A stretch of 64,000 bases of DNA from Candidatus Latescibacterota bacterium (GTDB lineage Bacteria > Latescibacterota > UBA2968): NCBI GenBank assembly GCA_965222605.1, contig OZ244960.1, positions 1,888,001 through 1,952,000 of the forward strand. Direction: 5' to 3'. Position 1 is the first letter of the stretch. Every line of letters begins with the position of its first letter. Made by a program: the position numbers and the translations under genes. The notes under the pieces are model-generated. The model did not search any database. It was given only the letters and a program-made list of their open reading frames with translations, and was not told where the DNA came from. Shown piece after piece: positions 29,329 to 39,144 of this stretch.

Positions 29329-29893
29329 TTCTGAAATAATTGACGACTCAGAGGCTTTGTATTACAGAGCGGGAGCTTCTTTCGAGCTTTTTCTTCACGG
29401 AATCAAAGTCGCTGTGCCTCATCGGGAAAAATTCCAACAAAAATATATCGGTTTGTTGGATATTTCTCATCATCTTATGGGGACTTGTATCGAGCAACAT
29501 ATAAAATCGCTTCTTACTCTCCAAAGGATTGACTATCAATACTCCCATGTGTATCAGGACCTATACAAGGAATTGCCTGATGACGTAAAGGCGAAAATTG
29601 AAACGGCGTATCGTGAAACCATAGAAAATTACCCATTGGAGAGAGAGACGATAAGCCGGGAGAACTTTAATGAAAGTTTTTCTATCATCGCTGAAGAGCA
29701 TGATAGGATGTCTAACTTCGAGGATTTATTGGAATTTTTGAGTATTGATATTCGCATAGAAAAAAAAAGATTCTCGCCTTATGATGATGAAAATTATATC
29801 AAGGGGGAGTTTTTTCATATCTTTTTTTCCTATCTCGATCAAATTGTCAAGAGAGAAATAGAGGATTTTAAGAAGCTGTTTTTAAAGCAATGA
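29294..29893 (+). CDS. HEPN-domain-like protein (start uncertain)
   Basis: IEQHIKSLL...YSHVYQDLYKELP resembles the HEPN E..LK...H.L..L pattern; overlaps the upstream gene end. Confidence 0.55.
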   Translation: MARFEKNSQKSDSEIIDDSEALYYRAGASFELFLHGIKVAVPHREKFQQKYIGLLDISHHLMGTCIEQHIKSLLTLQRIDYQYSHVYQDLYKELPDDVKAKIETAYRETIENYPLERETISRENFNESFSIIAEEHDRMSNFEDLLEFLSIDIRIEKKRFSPYDDENYIKGEFFHIFFSYLDQIVKREIEDFKKLFLKQ

Positions 29894-29898
29894 CTATG

Positions 29899-30078
29899 CA
29901 ATTTGCGCGCACGGGCACAGACGGACTGGAGAACCCCCGTATCTTCACCACGCCAGAAGTCACCCAGGCCCGGGGGCATCAATCAATGCCCTGGCCCAGA
30001 TCGGACAGCCTGCAGAATTGCTGGGTGGAGATGAAGGAAAGGATATTTGCCTTGTGAGTGGAAATTGGGTAATTATGT
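29899..30078 (+). repeat. ~180 bp direct repeat, copy B (frameshifted HsdR-like C-terminus)
   Basis: Reads QFARTGTDGLENPRIFTTPEVTQA/GGINALAQIGQPAELL/VEMKERIFAL* across small indels. Confidence 0.8.
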
Positions 30079-30234
30079 GAATGCTGATTCTTTGCAAACT
30101 CGGAAGCCACCCTAACATCAGCCGCGAGTTATCTGGTGGGCCATCCATTCTATCTGCCAAAAGCGTAACGCAAAGGTTTGTCGATTACAGAGGTTCTTAT
30201 AGTAATGATGAAAGGCTCACGCGAAGGTGGAAAG

Positions 30235-31353
30235 ATGCAAAAGAAAAAAGAACTAATGCCATCCGCTGATTCTGCTACAGAGGAACTTTTTGAGCGCGTT
30301 GCTCAAATCATCGAATCGGCTCGTTCAAGTGTTGTCCATACAATCAATCAGGAACTGGTCCAAGCCTACTGGGCGATTGGGCGGGAAATCGTCCTGGAAT
30401 TGCAAGAAGGAGAGGCGCGTGCGGCGTATGGAAAGCAAGTGATTCGGAGACTGTCCGAACAATTGACTGAACGATTTGGAAAAGGATTTTCGGTATTGAA
30501 TCTGCAATTATTTCGTCAGTTTTACCTCGCCTACTCAGGAACGGATCAGATTTATTACACAGCGTGTAATAAATTGAAAATAAAACCAGAAACAGAGAAT
30601 GGACCGCGTACCCAATCCGGATTCCAATTTCACCCGAAATTAAGCTGGTCGCACTACCGTATTCTCATGCGAGTGGAGAAACTCGAAGCGCGTGCTTTTT
30701 ACGAGAAAGAAGCTGGGGAAAACGGCTGGAGCGTGCGTCAACTCGAGCGGCAAGTGGGTTCTCTCTTTTACGAGCGCCTGCTCAAGAGTCGGGACAAGAC
30801 CGGGATGTTGACCGAAGCCAATTCTGAAGCCAATCAAACGCAGGTGGTAGATGTAATCAAAGACCCATACATGCTGGAGTTCCTTGATTTGCCAGAATCG
30901 CCGCGCCTACAAGAGAGTGATTTGGAATCGGCCTTGATTGGAGCACTTCAGGAATTTCTTCTCGAATTGGGTAGCGGCTTTGCCTTCATAGGTCGCCAGA
31001 AACGGATCACGCTTGATGGCGATCATTTTTTTCCGGATCTGGTGTTTTATCACATTCGACTCCGGTGCTACGTGATTATTGACCTCAAAACGCGAAAACT
31101 CACGCATGGCGACATCGGGCAAATGCAGATGTATGTCGGGTATTATGACCAAGAGGTGCGCCGAGGAGATGAGAATGCCACCATCGGGTTAATTCTCTGC
31201 TCTGATAAAAATGACACCGTTGTCAAATACGTCTTGGGCGAACAGACTGAACACATCTTTGCCTCTCGATACAAATTGGAACTCCCCGACGAGGAAACGC
31301 TCCGCAAGGAATTGGCACGTGAGCGTGAGCTTTTGGAGAATAAACGAATTTGA
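30235..31353 (+). CDS. YhcG / DUF1016 family PD-(D/E)xK nuclease
   Basis: YWAIGREI, LSWSHY, WSVRQLERQ, KDPY.LEFL, FLLELG.GF.F, IDLK, GQMQMY, IGLILC. Confidence 0.93.
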   Translation: MQKKKELMPSADSATEELFERVAQIIESARSSVVHTINQELVQAYWAIGREIVLELQEGEARAAYGKQVIRRLSEQLTERFGKGFSVLNLQLFRQFYLAYSGTDQIYYTACNKLKIKPETENGPRTQSGFQFHPKLSWSHYRILMRVEKLEARAFYEKEAGENGWSVRQLERQVGSLFYERLLKSRDKTGMLTEANSEANQTQVVDVIKDPYMLEFLDLPESPRLQESDLESALIGALQEFLLELGSGFAFIGRQKRITLDGDHFFPDLVFYHIRLRCYVIIDLKTRKLTHGDIGQMQMYVGYYDQEVRRGDENATIGLILCSDKNDTVVKYVLGEQTEHIFASRYKLELPDEETLRKELARERELLENKRI

Positions 31354-31404
31354 TATTTCTTTTGATTGACACAAGCTCGAAATTGTCTATCGTAAGGAAA
31401 TGGC

Positions 31405-31728
31405 ATGAACACTTTGACATCTAAATCGCCGACCTCTGTTGTCAATGTTGAAACAGATGAGACGCATTTGACCGTCTTTCTAAATGACGGTCGTCGCATA
31501 TCTGTTCCTCTTGAATGGTACCCCAGATTGTATTACGGAACAGTAAAAGAAAGAAAGGATTGGCGCCCCTTTGGATTTGAAAACCGTGCAATCGCTTGGG
31601 ATAGTCTCGACGAGCATATTTCTGTTGAAGGATTGTTAGACGAGCGTCCAAGTAGCGAAAGTCCGCAATCAATTCAACGGTGGCTTTTGTCAAGGGGGCA
31701 AAAGTGCGAGAATGAACTGACCGTGTGA
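31405..31728 (+). CDS. DUF2442-domain protein (antitoxin-like)
   Basis: L.V.LNDGRRISVPL.WYPRL...W..LDEHISVEGLL. Confidence 0.85.
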   Translation: MNTLTSKSPTSVVNVETDETHLTVFLNDGRRISVPLEWYPRLYYGTVKERKDWRPFGFENRAIAWDSLDEHISVEGLLDERPSSESPQSIQRWLLSRGQKCENELTV

Positions 31729-31906
31729 CAAGTTTGTGGCTTGCTTTCTGAGAATAAGCGCCGAGAGCCTCTTAAAACACAGGCTTTCGGCATTATTGTA
31801 TATAATCCCAAAAGCGAGCCTATCGGTTTCTGATGTTGTTAATCGCGGGGTAAATGAACAGGCTGAGCGCAAGATAGAAGTTTCTTGAATAGATAGAGCA
31901 ACGACC

Positions 31907-32146
31907 ATGACGACCATCAGTATAACCATACCCGATTCGCTTCACGCAACAGTCAGGGATATTGTCAAGCGTGAAGGCATATCATTCGAACAATTTATCC
32001 TGCTCGCAATGGCCGAGAAAGCATCAGCTATTGCGACCGAAACATATCTTGAAGCGCGTGCTAATCGCGGGAGCAAAGAGAAATTTCTGGCTGCAATGGC
32101 AAAGGTAGCAGACGTCGATCCGCCGGATGAACAGGATAGGCTTTAA
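31907..32146 (+). CDS. Ribbon-helix-helix (HicB/CopG-like) antitoxin-type protein
   Basis: ISITIPDSLH...REGIS..QFI..A.AEK...L..RA.RG..EKF. Confidence 0.8.
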   Translation: MTTISITIPDSLHATVRDIVKREGISFEQFILLAMAEKASAIATETYLEARANRGSKEKFLAAMAKVADVDPPDEQDRL

Positions 32147-32162
32147 TCAGAGATAGCAGAAC

Positions 32163-33167
32163 ATGAATAATACGATCAAACCACCGAGATTAAAACCGGG
32201 TGATACTGTGGGGATTGCCTCGCCCGCTGCCTCATTTTTTTCTTTTACTAACAATTGGCTTTCCCGTGCCCTGACGGCCATTGAACGTCTCGGTTTGAAA
32301 GTTCAGATAGCGAGTAACGCACTCCATCAACGCGAACATTTGAATCCAGCCCCCCAATTGCGCGTCAATGATCTTCACGACCTATTTGCTGACTCGAACA
32401 TCAAAGCGATTTTTTGTCTCTCAGGAGGATCTGGTACCAATGCACTCCTTCCCTTACTCGACTGGAATTTGATTGCACATTCCCCTAAGATATTGATGGG
32501 ATACAGCGCGAATACGGCCCTGTTACTTGGCATCTACGCACGTCTCAATATAGTCACTTTCCACGGGCCAACCCTACTCAACGGTCTTAGCGAATTTCCC
32601 AAACCCTTGAGTTATACGCTCGAAAGTATAAAAGATGTCCTATTTACACCAACCGCCCCGGGCTCATTGGAGGCACCGGAGACCTGGACAGATGATGGGC
32701 CCAGTGAAAACAGCCCGCGCAAAATGAAAAATAATACTGGTTGGCACTGGCTCAAAGGTGGCAAAACTCAGGGACCTCTTATAGGTGGCAATCTCCATAC
32801 CGTGCTGACATTGGCTGATACGCCATTTTGGCCTTCATTTCACGGTAAAATTCTTTATCTGGAAGAGGCCAATATGGGAAATACCGTTCTTATGTATGCC
32901 GAGGAAGCCCTTGCACAATGCCAACAGATCGGTCTTTTCAGGAAAATTTCTGGTTTGGTCATGGGGAAAATGAACAACCTATCTCAAGACCAGGAAGAGT
33001 TACTTCAAACGTTGATAGGTTATTACACATCGGCATTTGATTTTCCCATCCTGACACAAGTAGATATCGGGCATACAAGTCCTCAAATGGTTCTTCCAAA
33101 TGGTATCAAAGCAACGCTTGACTCTGAACAAAATCTCTTTTCTATAGATGAAGCAGCAGTCATCTGA
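32163..33167 (+). CDS. LD-carboxypeptidase (peptidase S66 / MccF family)
   Basis: PPRLKPGDTVGIASP, GYSA nucleophile region, FHGP, GGNL, ILYLEE, IGH. Confidence 0.88.
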   Translation: MNNTIKPPRLKPGDTVGIASPAASFFSFTNNWLSRALTAIERLGLKVQIASNALHQREHLNPAPQLRVNDLHDLFADSNIKAIFCLSGGSGTNALLPLLDWNLIAHSPKILMGYSANTALLLGIYARLNIVTFHGPTLLNGLSEFPKPLSYTLESIKDVLFTPTAPGSLEAPETWTDDGPSENSPRKMKNNTGWHWLKGGKTQGPLIGGNLHTVLTLADTPFWPSFHGKILYLEEANMGNTVLMYAEEALAQCQQIGLFRKISGLVMGKMNNLSQDQEELLQTLIGYYTSAFDFPILTQVDIGHTSPQMVLPNGIKATLDSEQNLFSIDEAAVI

Positions 33168-33208
33168 AGCACACCAAACGCGCTTGCGTTCTGCACATCT
33201 AAAGAAAC

Positions 33209-33244
33209 AAAAGGTCGTGAGGGGTTATTCCTCATGACCTTTTT
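33209..33244. terminator. Bidirectional terminator between the S66 gene and tRNA-Glu
   Basis: AAAAGGTCGTGAGG...CCTCATGACCTTTTT. Confidence 0.7.
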
Positions 33245-33269
33245 GATATCTGAAAAACAATATATTTTT

Positions 33270-33345
33270 TGGTGACCCCGAGGGGAGTCGAACCCCCGTC
33301 TCCAGAGTGAGAGTCTGGTGTCCTGGGCCACTGAACGACGGGGTC
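33270..33345 (-). tRNA. tRNA-Glu (CTC)
   Basis: GACCCCG acceptor stem, anticodon arm CCAGA-CTCTCAC-TCTGG, GTTCGACT T loop, encoded CCA. Confidence 0.95.
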
Positions 33346-33400
33346 ACTCACAAGAAGATGGCGACAACCTAATAAAGTTCGATAGTTTTGTCAAGCCTCC

Positions 33401-34651
33401 CTACTCAACAAGCGCCTCATAAACCAGAGGCTGGAAAGGCCTCACAATATTGCCCGACCCGCGCAACTGGGTCCACACCATAGAAATCATCTCATTTTGG
33501 GGATCAATCCAGAAATGCGTCTTGGCAATACCAGACCAATAATACGTCCCATTCCTATCCTCCCACGCCGTCTCCGTCTCATCCACAATCACAGAAAAAC
33601 CATAGCCAAAACCATCGCTCTTGCGCTGGCGGTGTCGGTAACGTGCCGTCTCGGGCAAGTGATTAGCCGTCATAAGCTGAATCGTTTCCGGTTTCAAGAT
33701 GCGCGTACCGTACAACTCGCCACCATTGAGCAACATCTGGGAAAATCGGAGATAATCCCGAGCCGTACTCACCAACCCGCCGCCACCGGACTCCCGTGCA
33801 TCGCGCCGTGCATTGCTCCGAAGGCTGCGCGCCTCAAATTTGTCTTCCTTGTTCTTCCCATACACTTTAGCCAGGCGGTCGCGCTTTTCCTCCGGCACAT
33901 AAAAACTTGTATTGACCATCTCTAAAGGCACAAAAATACGCTGCGAGAAAAACTCGCCCAAAGACATATCAGAAGCGACCTCGACCACACTGCCGAGGAT
34001 ATCGGTAGCTACGCTATAGAGCCATCGGGTCCCAGGCTGAAAACGCAAAGGCAATTGGGCGACCTTCTGGGCATATTTGACATTTGATTTGGACGCATAC
34101 AGATTCGCAATCCGATAAAGCGTATCGACAGATGTTTGCCCAAAAATGCCATACGTCAAACCAGATGTATGCGACAACAAATCCGCAATCGTTATCGCGT
34201 GCTCGAGCGGCACCAGAACTGGATTCTCCGTCCCGCCACCCGTATAAACCTTTGTCTCGGCAAATTCGGGTATAAACTTAGACACCGGATCGTCCAGCTT
34301 CAGCTTGCCCTCTTCGTAGAGCATCATAATAGCAACACTGGTAACGGGTTTGGTCATAGAATAAATGCGAAAAAGCGTATCCTCCGTCATCGGCTTATTC
34401 GATTCCCTATCGCGCAAACCTGCAGTCTCGAAATGCACAATTTTGCCTTTTCGGGCGATCAGCGTCAAAACACCCGCAAACTTCCCAGAATCCACAAGTG
34501 CCTGCATTGCGGGTTGGATCTTCGCAAGACCTTCTGCAGAAAACCCCATCTCTGCGGGATCTCCGTGGGGAATTTCAGCAGCAAAAATTGGGTGAAAAGA
34601 CAGAAGAGCAATGAGCAGAACAAACAGGCTACGTTTTAGAAAGCGCGTCAT
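33401..34651 (-). CDS. Exported serine hydrolase (beta-lactamase class C / esterase family)
   Basis: Signal peptide, FRIYSMTK (SxxK), LLSHTSG, PG..W.YS, GGGL.ST, W.G. Confidence 0.9.
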   Translation of the reverse strand: MTRFLKRSLFVLLIALLSFHPIFAAEIPHGDPAEMGFSAEGLAKIQPAMQALVDSGKFAGVLTLIARKGKIVHFETAGLRDRESNKPMTEDTLFRIYSMTKPVTSVAIMMLYEEGKLKLDDPVSKFIPEFAETKVYTGGGTENPVLVPLEHAITIADLLSHTSGLTYGIFGQTSVDTLYRIANLYASKSNVKYAQKVAQLPLRFQPGTRWLYSVATDILGSVVEVASDMSLGEFFSQRIFVPLEMVNTSFYVPEEKRDRLAKVYGKNKEDKFEARSLRSNARRDARESGGGGLVSTARDYLRFSQMLLNGGELYGTRILKPETIQLMTANHLPETARYRHRQRKSDGFGYGFSVIVDETETAWEDRNGTYYWSGIAKTHFWIDPQNEMISMVWTQLRGSGNIVRPFQPLVYEALVE

Positions 34652-34676
34652 GTAAATACTCTCCTTTATTTTCTAT

Positions 34677-34708
34677 AAAAAAAGGGTTACACCGTTGAGA
34701 TGTAACCC
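34677..34708 (-). terminator. Terminator downstream of tRNA-Arg
   Basis: GGGTTACA/TGTAACCC stem followed by T7 on minus strand. Confidence 0.65.
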
Positions 34709-34720
34709 CTTCTCTTGATC

Positions 34721-34797
34721 TGGTGCGGACGCCAGGATTCGAACCCGGAACCGTCTGATCCGTAGTCAGGTGCTCTATCCAGTTGAGCTACATCCGC
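34721..34797 (-). tRNA. tRNA-Arg (ACG)
   Basis: GCGGATG acceptor, TAGCTCAACTGGATAGAGC D arm, anticodon loop CTACGGA, GTTCGAATCC, CCA end. Confidence 0.95.
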
Positions 34798-34972
34798 TAA
34801 AATCAAGCACTTAAGTATATTTGTGACAGCACAATGTCGCAAGACCTGCAAAGATATCAAAACTGCCAGATACTGTCAAGCGGAAATGGGTTATTATCCC
34901 AGATTGCCAAGAGTGTTTTGGGTTGCCCCCAACGCCAGAATGTATAATCATAGTGCAAAGAAGGGACTAATC

Positions 34973-34999
34973 GGGCGGGCACAGGGGCACCGCCCCTAC
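34973..34999 (-). repeat. GTAG-type REP-like palindrome
   Basis: GTAGGGGCGGTGCCCCTGTGCCCGCCC; near-identical copy at 56050-56076. Confidence 0.65.
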
Positions 35000-35022
35000 A
35001 TATCTTAACCGAGGAACCACTC

Positions 35023-36189
35023 ATGAACCTTGAAACGCAATTGATCCATGCAGGTGAAGAAGAAAAAAAATACGAAGGGGCGGTCGCGCTGCCCATATTT
35101 CAGAGTGCCACATTTGCATACAGCAGTGAAGACAGTTACCACGACATAAAATATCTTCGCCTGAACAACACCCCCAATCACACAGTAGTTCATGAAAAAC
35201 TGGCGCAAATTGCGGGTGGTGAAGCCGCCGTAGTCACCGCATCGGGCATGGCAGCGATAACCACCGCCCTATTGACCGTATTGAAAAAAGGCGATCACCT
35301 CCTCGCACAAAATTGTCTCTATGGCGGAACGCGCGTTTTTTTGGCACGCGACATCGCCGACTTTGGAATTGACGTTGATTTCGTGTCGGGAAACGCGCCA
35401 GATGAATGGAAAAGATTGGTGCGACCCGAAACCCGCGCCATCTATGTCGAAACCATGAGCAATCCCCTGCTGGAAGTTGCCGACCTCCCATCCGTCGTCA
35501 CCTTTGCCCAATCCCATAACCTCATCTCCATGATCGACAACACCTTTGCCTCGCCAGTGAACTTTCGCCCCTTAGACATGGGCTTTGACCTCTCCTTGCA
35601 CAGTTGTACAAAATATCTGAATGGACATTCGGATATCGTAGCTGGCTGCGCGATTGGGTCACGCGATCTGATCACCCGCATTATGCACCGTCTGAATATC
35701 ATGGGCGGCTGCCTGGATCCACACGCCTGCTTTCTCTTACTACGCGGCATGAAAACACTCGCCCTGCGCATGGAAAAACAAAACGAAAACGCACACGCAT
35801 TGGCTTCTTTTTTAGAAAATCACCCGGCCGTAGAACGCGTAAATTATCCGGGCTTATCCAGCCATCCACAACACAACTGTGCCAAAAAGCTATTTAAGGG
35901 ATGTGGCGGGGTATTGAGTTTTGAAGTAGTCGGCGACAGCCGCGTGGCTGATGCGGTAATATCGAGACTAAAATTGCCAATCTCCGCACCCAGCCTGGGC
36001 GGCATCGAAACACTGATCACCCGACCCGTACAAACATCACACTCGGGACTAACCGACGAAGAGCGACGCGACGCGGGGATTTCCGAGCGATTGATCCGCG
36101 TAGCAGTCGGCATTGAAGCCGCGGAGGACTTATGCGCGGATTTTGGGCAAGCTCTGAGATGCGTAGAAAAGGAGAAACAACATGGATAA
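35023..36189 (+). CDS. PLP-dependent trans-sulfuration enzyme (cystathionine gamma-synthase/lyase family)
   Basis: PIFQSATF, SGMAAI, YGGT, IDNTFASP, HSCTKYLNGHSD, SLGG.E.LI. Confidence 0.92.
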   Translation: MNLETQLIHAGEEEKKYEGAVALPIFQSATFAYSSEDSYHDIKYLRLNNTPNHTVVHEKLAQIAGGEAAVVTASGMAAITTALLTVLKKGDHLLAQNCLYGGTRVFLARDIADFGIDVDFVSGNAPDEWKRLVRPETRAIYVETMSNPLLEVADLPSVVTFAQSHNLISMIDNTFASPVNFRPLDMGFDLSLHSCTKYLNGHSDIVAGCAIGSRDLITRIMHRLNIMGGCLDPHACFLLLRGMKTLALRMEKQNENAHALASFLENHPAVERVNYPGLSSHPQHNCAKKLFKGCGGVLSFEVVGDSRVADAVISRLKLPISAPSLGGIETLITRPVQTSHSGLTDEERRDAGISERLIRVAVGIEAAEDLCADFGQALRCVEKEKQHG

Positions 36190-37003
36190 TAAAATCAAAA
36201 TTGGAATGTTAAAAGCCATGCCACAAAAGTGGGATGTCGCGGAGAATTGGGCGATATTTGAAAAACAATTTGAGACACATGGGGGAGATACAGACGTATT
36301 CATAACCCCGGAATGTTTCCTGGATGGATACGCAGTCACAGAGAAAAATTGGACCGCAGAACACTTTGCCGAAGTAGCCCAGGACGTCGAGCAGAGCGCG
36401 TACATCCAACAGGTATGCGAGATGGCGCGTGCATCGCGCACCCATATTGTCTTTGGATTCACTGAAAAACGCGCGGGATATTTTTACAATGCTGCTATAT
36501 TAGTGAACCGTGCGGGAAAAATTGTCGGGACATATTACAAAACGCATTTGCAATCGCACGACCACCGTTTTGTGCGCGGCAATGACCTGCCCGTATTCGA
36601 TCTCGACTTTGGCACAGTAGGCATGGTCATTTGTGCGGATCGCCGATGGCCCGAGTCAATTCGCACATTGCGGCTCAAAGGCGCGAAAATCTGTTTGATG
36701 CCAACCTATGGCATGTGGCATGAAGAAAATGAGTGGTGGATGCGCACGCGATCCTACGAAAATCAGATGTTCGTGTGTTTCACACATCCCAACGTAGCCC
36801 TCATCACAGATCCGCGCGGCAAGGTAGCGGCAAAATTGCAATCCAACGTGCCAGATGTGTTGATCCACGAGATCGATACAGAAGACGCATCGGATGAAAA
36901 CCATCTGAGCGACCGGCGCCCCGAACTCTACGGGGTAATGGGAAAAGTTGATCACTGGTCACAGCAGCCCGAATTTTCATCGCCAACTTACAGAGGGGAG
37001 TAA
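36182..37003 (+). CDS. Carbon-nitrogen hydrolase (nitrilase superfamily)
   Basis: E (TPECFLDGY), K (YYKTHL), C (ICADRRWPE) catalytic triad; DRRPELY. Confidence 0.9.
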   Translation: MDNKIKIGMLKAMPQKWDVAENWAIFEKQFETHGGDTDVFITPECFLDGYAVTEKNWTAEHFAEVAQDVEQSAYIQQVCEMARASRTHIVFGFTEKRAGYFYNAAILVNRAGKIVGTYYKTHLQSHDHRFVRGNDLPVFDLDFGTVGMVICADRRWPESIRTLRLKGAKICLMPTYGMWHEENEWWMRTRSYENQMFVCFTHPNVALITDPRGKVAAKLQSNVPDVLIHEIDTEDASDENHLSDRRPELYGVMGKVDHWSQQPEFSSPTYRGE

Positions 37004-37006
37004 ACC

Positions 37007-38056
37007 ATGTATCGCATTGGACTAATTGGCAATCGGGCGCACCAGAATAGTTACGGCCCGATCTGGCAGGGACGAGAGGATTGCAAAATCGTCGCAGCGG
37101 CAGAGCACCACGCGGGCAAAGGCGAGGCCCTATCTCAACTCTACGGCCTTGAAGTCGCCCGAGAATACGACGCAGTTCTGGAAGACCCAAATGTGGATAT
37201 CGTCTCCATCTGCACGGACTTTTATCTCAAGCGCACGCTAATAAAAAAAGCCCTCGCCTGCGGCAAACACGTACTGGTCGATAAAGCCATTGCGCGAACC
37301 GTTGTCGAAGCCAGAGAAATTGTCGATACTGTCGCAGGCGCATCAAACAAAGTGATGCTGACCTACCCCTCGCGATTTTCACCGACAATGATAAGACTCA
37401 AAAAAGCCCTTGACCAGGGCGAATACGGACGTATTTCCGCTTATGCCCACAACAGCGTAAAACAATTTTTTGGCGACCTCATGGCTTATGTGAGCTATCC
37501 GGCACCAGCCATACAAAATGGCGGGGGTGAATTGATGAATTTGGGCAGCCATACAGTGGATGCTCTGCTCTGGTTTTTTGGCATGCCCAACAGGGTGAGT
37601 TGCCAGATGCAAAATCTCTACTTTGAGGAATACGAGCAATTTGGCACAGAAGATATCGCCACGCTCTGGTGTGAATATCCCGATTTTACAGCAACACTTA
37701 CCGCGGGAAGGTCAAAAGCGCGACGCGAAGATGCCACATTCGATTGCGTCAACATCACGGGCGAAGGCGCGTGGGTTCAGGTAGATCGCCTGGGATATGC
37801 TGTCAATGGAGAGATCGTCGATAATCCACCGCCCAGGGCAGCGGGACTGGCAGCCTGTGTAGCCCATCTCATCGACTGCATCGAGCAAGACGCGACACCC
37901 GTCACCAGTGCAGAAAATGGACTATCCGTTGCCCTGCTCACAACAGCCGCCTATCAAGCCGCACACACAGGCGAACCTGTCACCTTGCCCTTACAAAATG
38001 AGCAACACCCCCTCATCGCCGCAGAAGACCACATCGTTGACCGTTTGCTGGATTAA
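37007..38056 (+). CDS. Gfo/Idh/MocA family oxidoreductase
   Basis: Rossmann N-terminus, GKHVLVDK, GGGELMNLGSH. Confidence 0.85.
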   Translation: MYRIGLIGNRAHQNSYGPIWQGREDCKIVAAAEHHAGKGEALSQLYGLEVAREYDAVLEDPNVDIVSICTDFYLKRTLIKKALACGKHVLVDKAIARTVVEAREIVDTVAGASNKVMLTYPSRFSPTMIRLKKALDQGEYGRISAYAHNSVKQFFGDLMAYVSYPAPAIQNGGGELMNLGSHTVDALLWFFGMPNRVSCQMQNLYFEEYEQFGTEDIATLWCEYPDFTATLTAGRSKARREDATFDCVNITGEGAWVQVDRLGYAVNGEIVDNPPPRAAGLAACVAHLIDCIEQDATPVTSAENGLSVALLTTAAYQAAHTGEPVTLPLQNEQHPLIAAEDHIVDRLLD

Positions 38057-38070
38057 TCAGGAGGTATCAA

Positions 38071-39111
38071 ATGAACACGTACCGCGCTGTTATCGTGGGA
38101 TTGACGGGCATTGGAGCCAGCCGCCCGCATGAAACTCGGGGACCAGTCTTTGGCGCGATGCCGCCATCGCACGCATCGGCATATCACAAACACACTCAAA
38201 CAGAAGTCGTCGGCGTATGCGACTTGCGCCAGGAGGCGTTGGATGACTTCTCCGAGCGATGGGGCGATGTCTGGCCCGACATGAATACTTATACAGATTT
38301 CATGGAAATGCTGGACAAAGAGCAGCCCGACCTGGTCAGTGTCGTGACATCTGATCACGCACACGCCGATATCACAGTAGCATCCGCCGAGGGATCGGCA
38401 CGGGCGATCTTGTGCGAAAAACCCATTGCGACAACCATGGCCGATGCCGACCGCATGATCGCAGCCGCAGAAGCAAATAACGTACTGCTCTCAATTGAAC
38501 ACACGCGCCGCTGGTATCCGAGTTTTCTACAAGCCCGGGAAATGATCCGGTCCGGCGAATTGGGCCGTTTGCGAACCATAGTCTGCGACCAATTTGGAAC
38601 GCGCGCCATGATGTTCCGCAACGGCACGCACATGATCGATATGATGTGTTTTTTTGCCGAAGCGAATCCCGAGTGGTTGGTCAGCGAACTGGAACCCGGA
38701 TTCGAGCACTTCACCGAATACAAAGGCGATGGCGGGCACGATCCAGCGACCGATCCTTATGCATCTGCGTACATCCATTTTGACAATGGCGTACGCGCAT
38801 TTTACAACTGCCGCAAAATGGCGTTTAACGGATCAAAATTTTCTCTAACGTGTGAAAATGGACGGATCGAAATCTCAGATCAAAAATTCGAGGTAATCAC
38901 ACAAAAAAACCCGCGCTGGTGGTCGCATGCAGAAGTCCCCGTAGATCCGTATATAGCGATCCGACAAATTGGCGCAGTCTCAGAACTCATCCACGTCTTA
39001 GAAAACGGTGGCACACTCGTCTCACCCGCACGCGAAGCCAGAAAAACACTTCAGATCATGCTGGGCATACTGGACTCTCATCACGCGGGAAATATGCGGG
39101 TCGATCTTTAG
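38071..39111 (+). CDS. Gfo/Idh/MocA family oxidoreductase
   Basis: ILCEKPIA, NGTHMID. Confidence 0.88.
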   Translation: MNTYRAVIVGLTGIGASRPHETRGPVFGAMPPSHASAYHKHTQTEVVGVCDLRQEALDDFSERWGDVWPDMNTYTDFMEMLDKEQPDLVSVVTSDHAHADITVASAEGSARAILCEKPIATTMADADRMIAAAEANNVLLSIEHTRRWYPSFLQAREMIRSGELGRLRTIVCDQFGTRAMMFRNGTHMIDMMCFFAEANPEWLVSELEPGFEHFTEYKGDGGHDPATDPYASAYIHFDNGVRAFYNCRKMAFNGSKFSLTCENGRIEISDQKFEVITQKNPRWWSHAEVPVDPYIAIRQIGAVSELIHVLENGGTLVSPAREARKTLQIMLGILDSHHAGNMRVDL

Positions 39112-39144
39112 GGCCTGTTTGAAGCAGATAAACAGGAGTAAATC

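Noticed and set aside
26460-33345. tRNA-Glu-integrated element with att sites
   Set aside because: No duplicate of the tRNA 3' end and no integrase found by eye.
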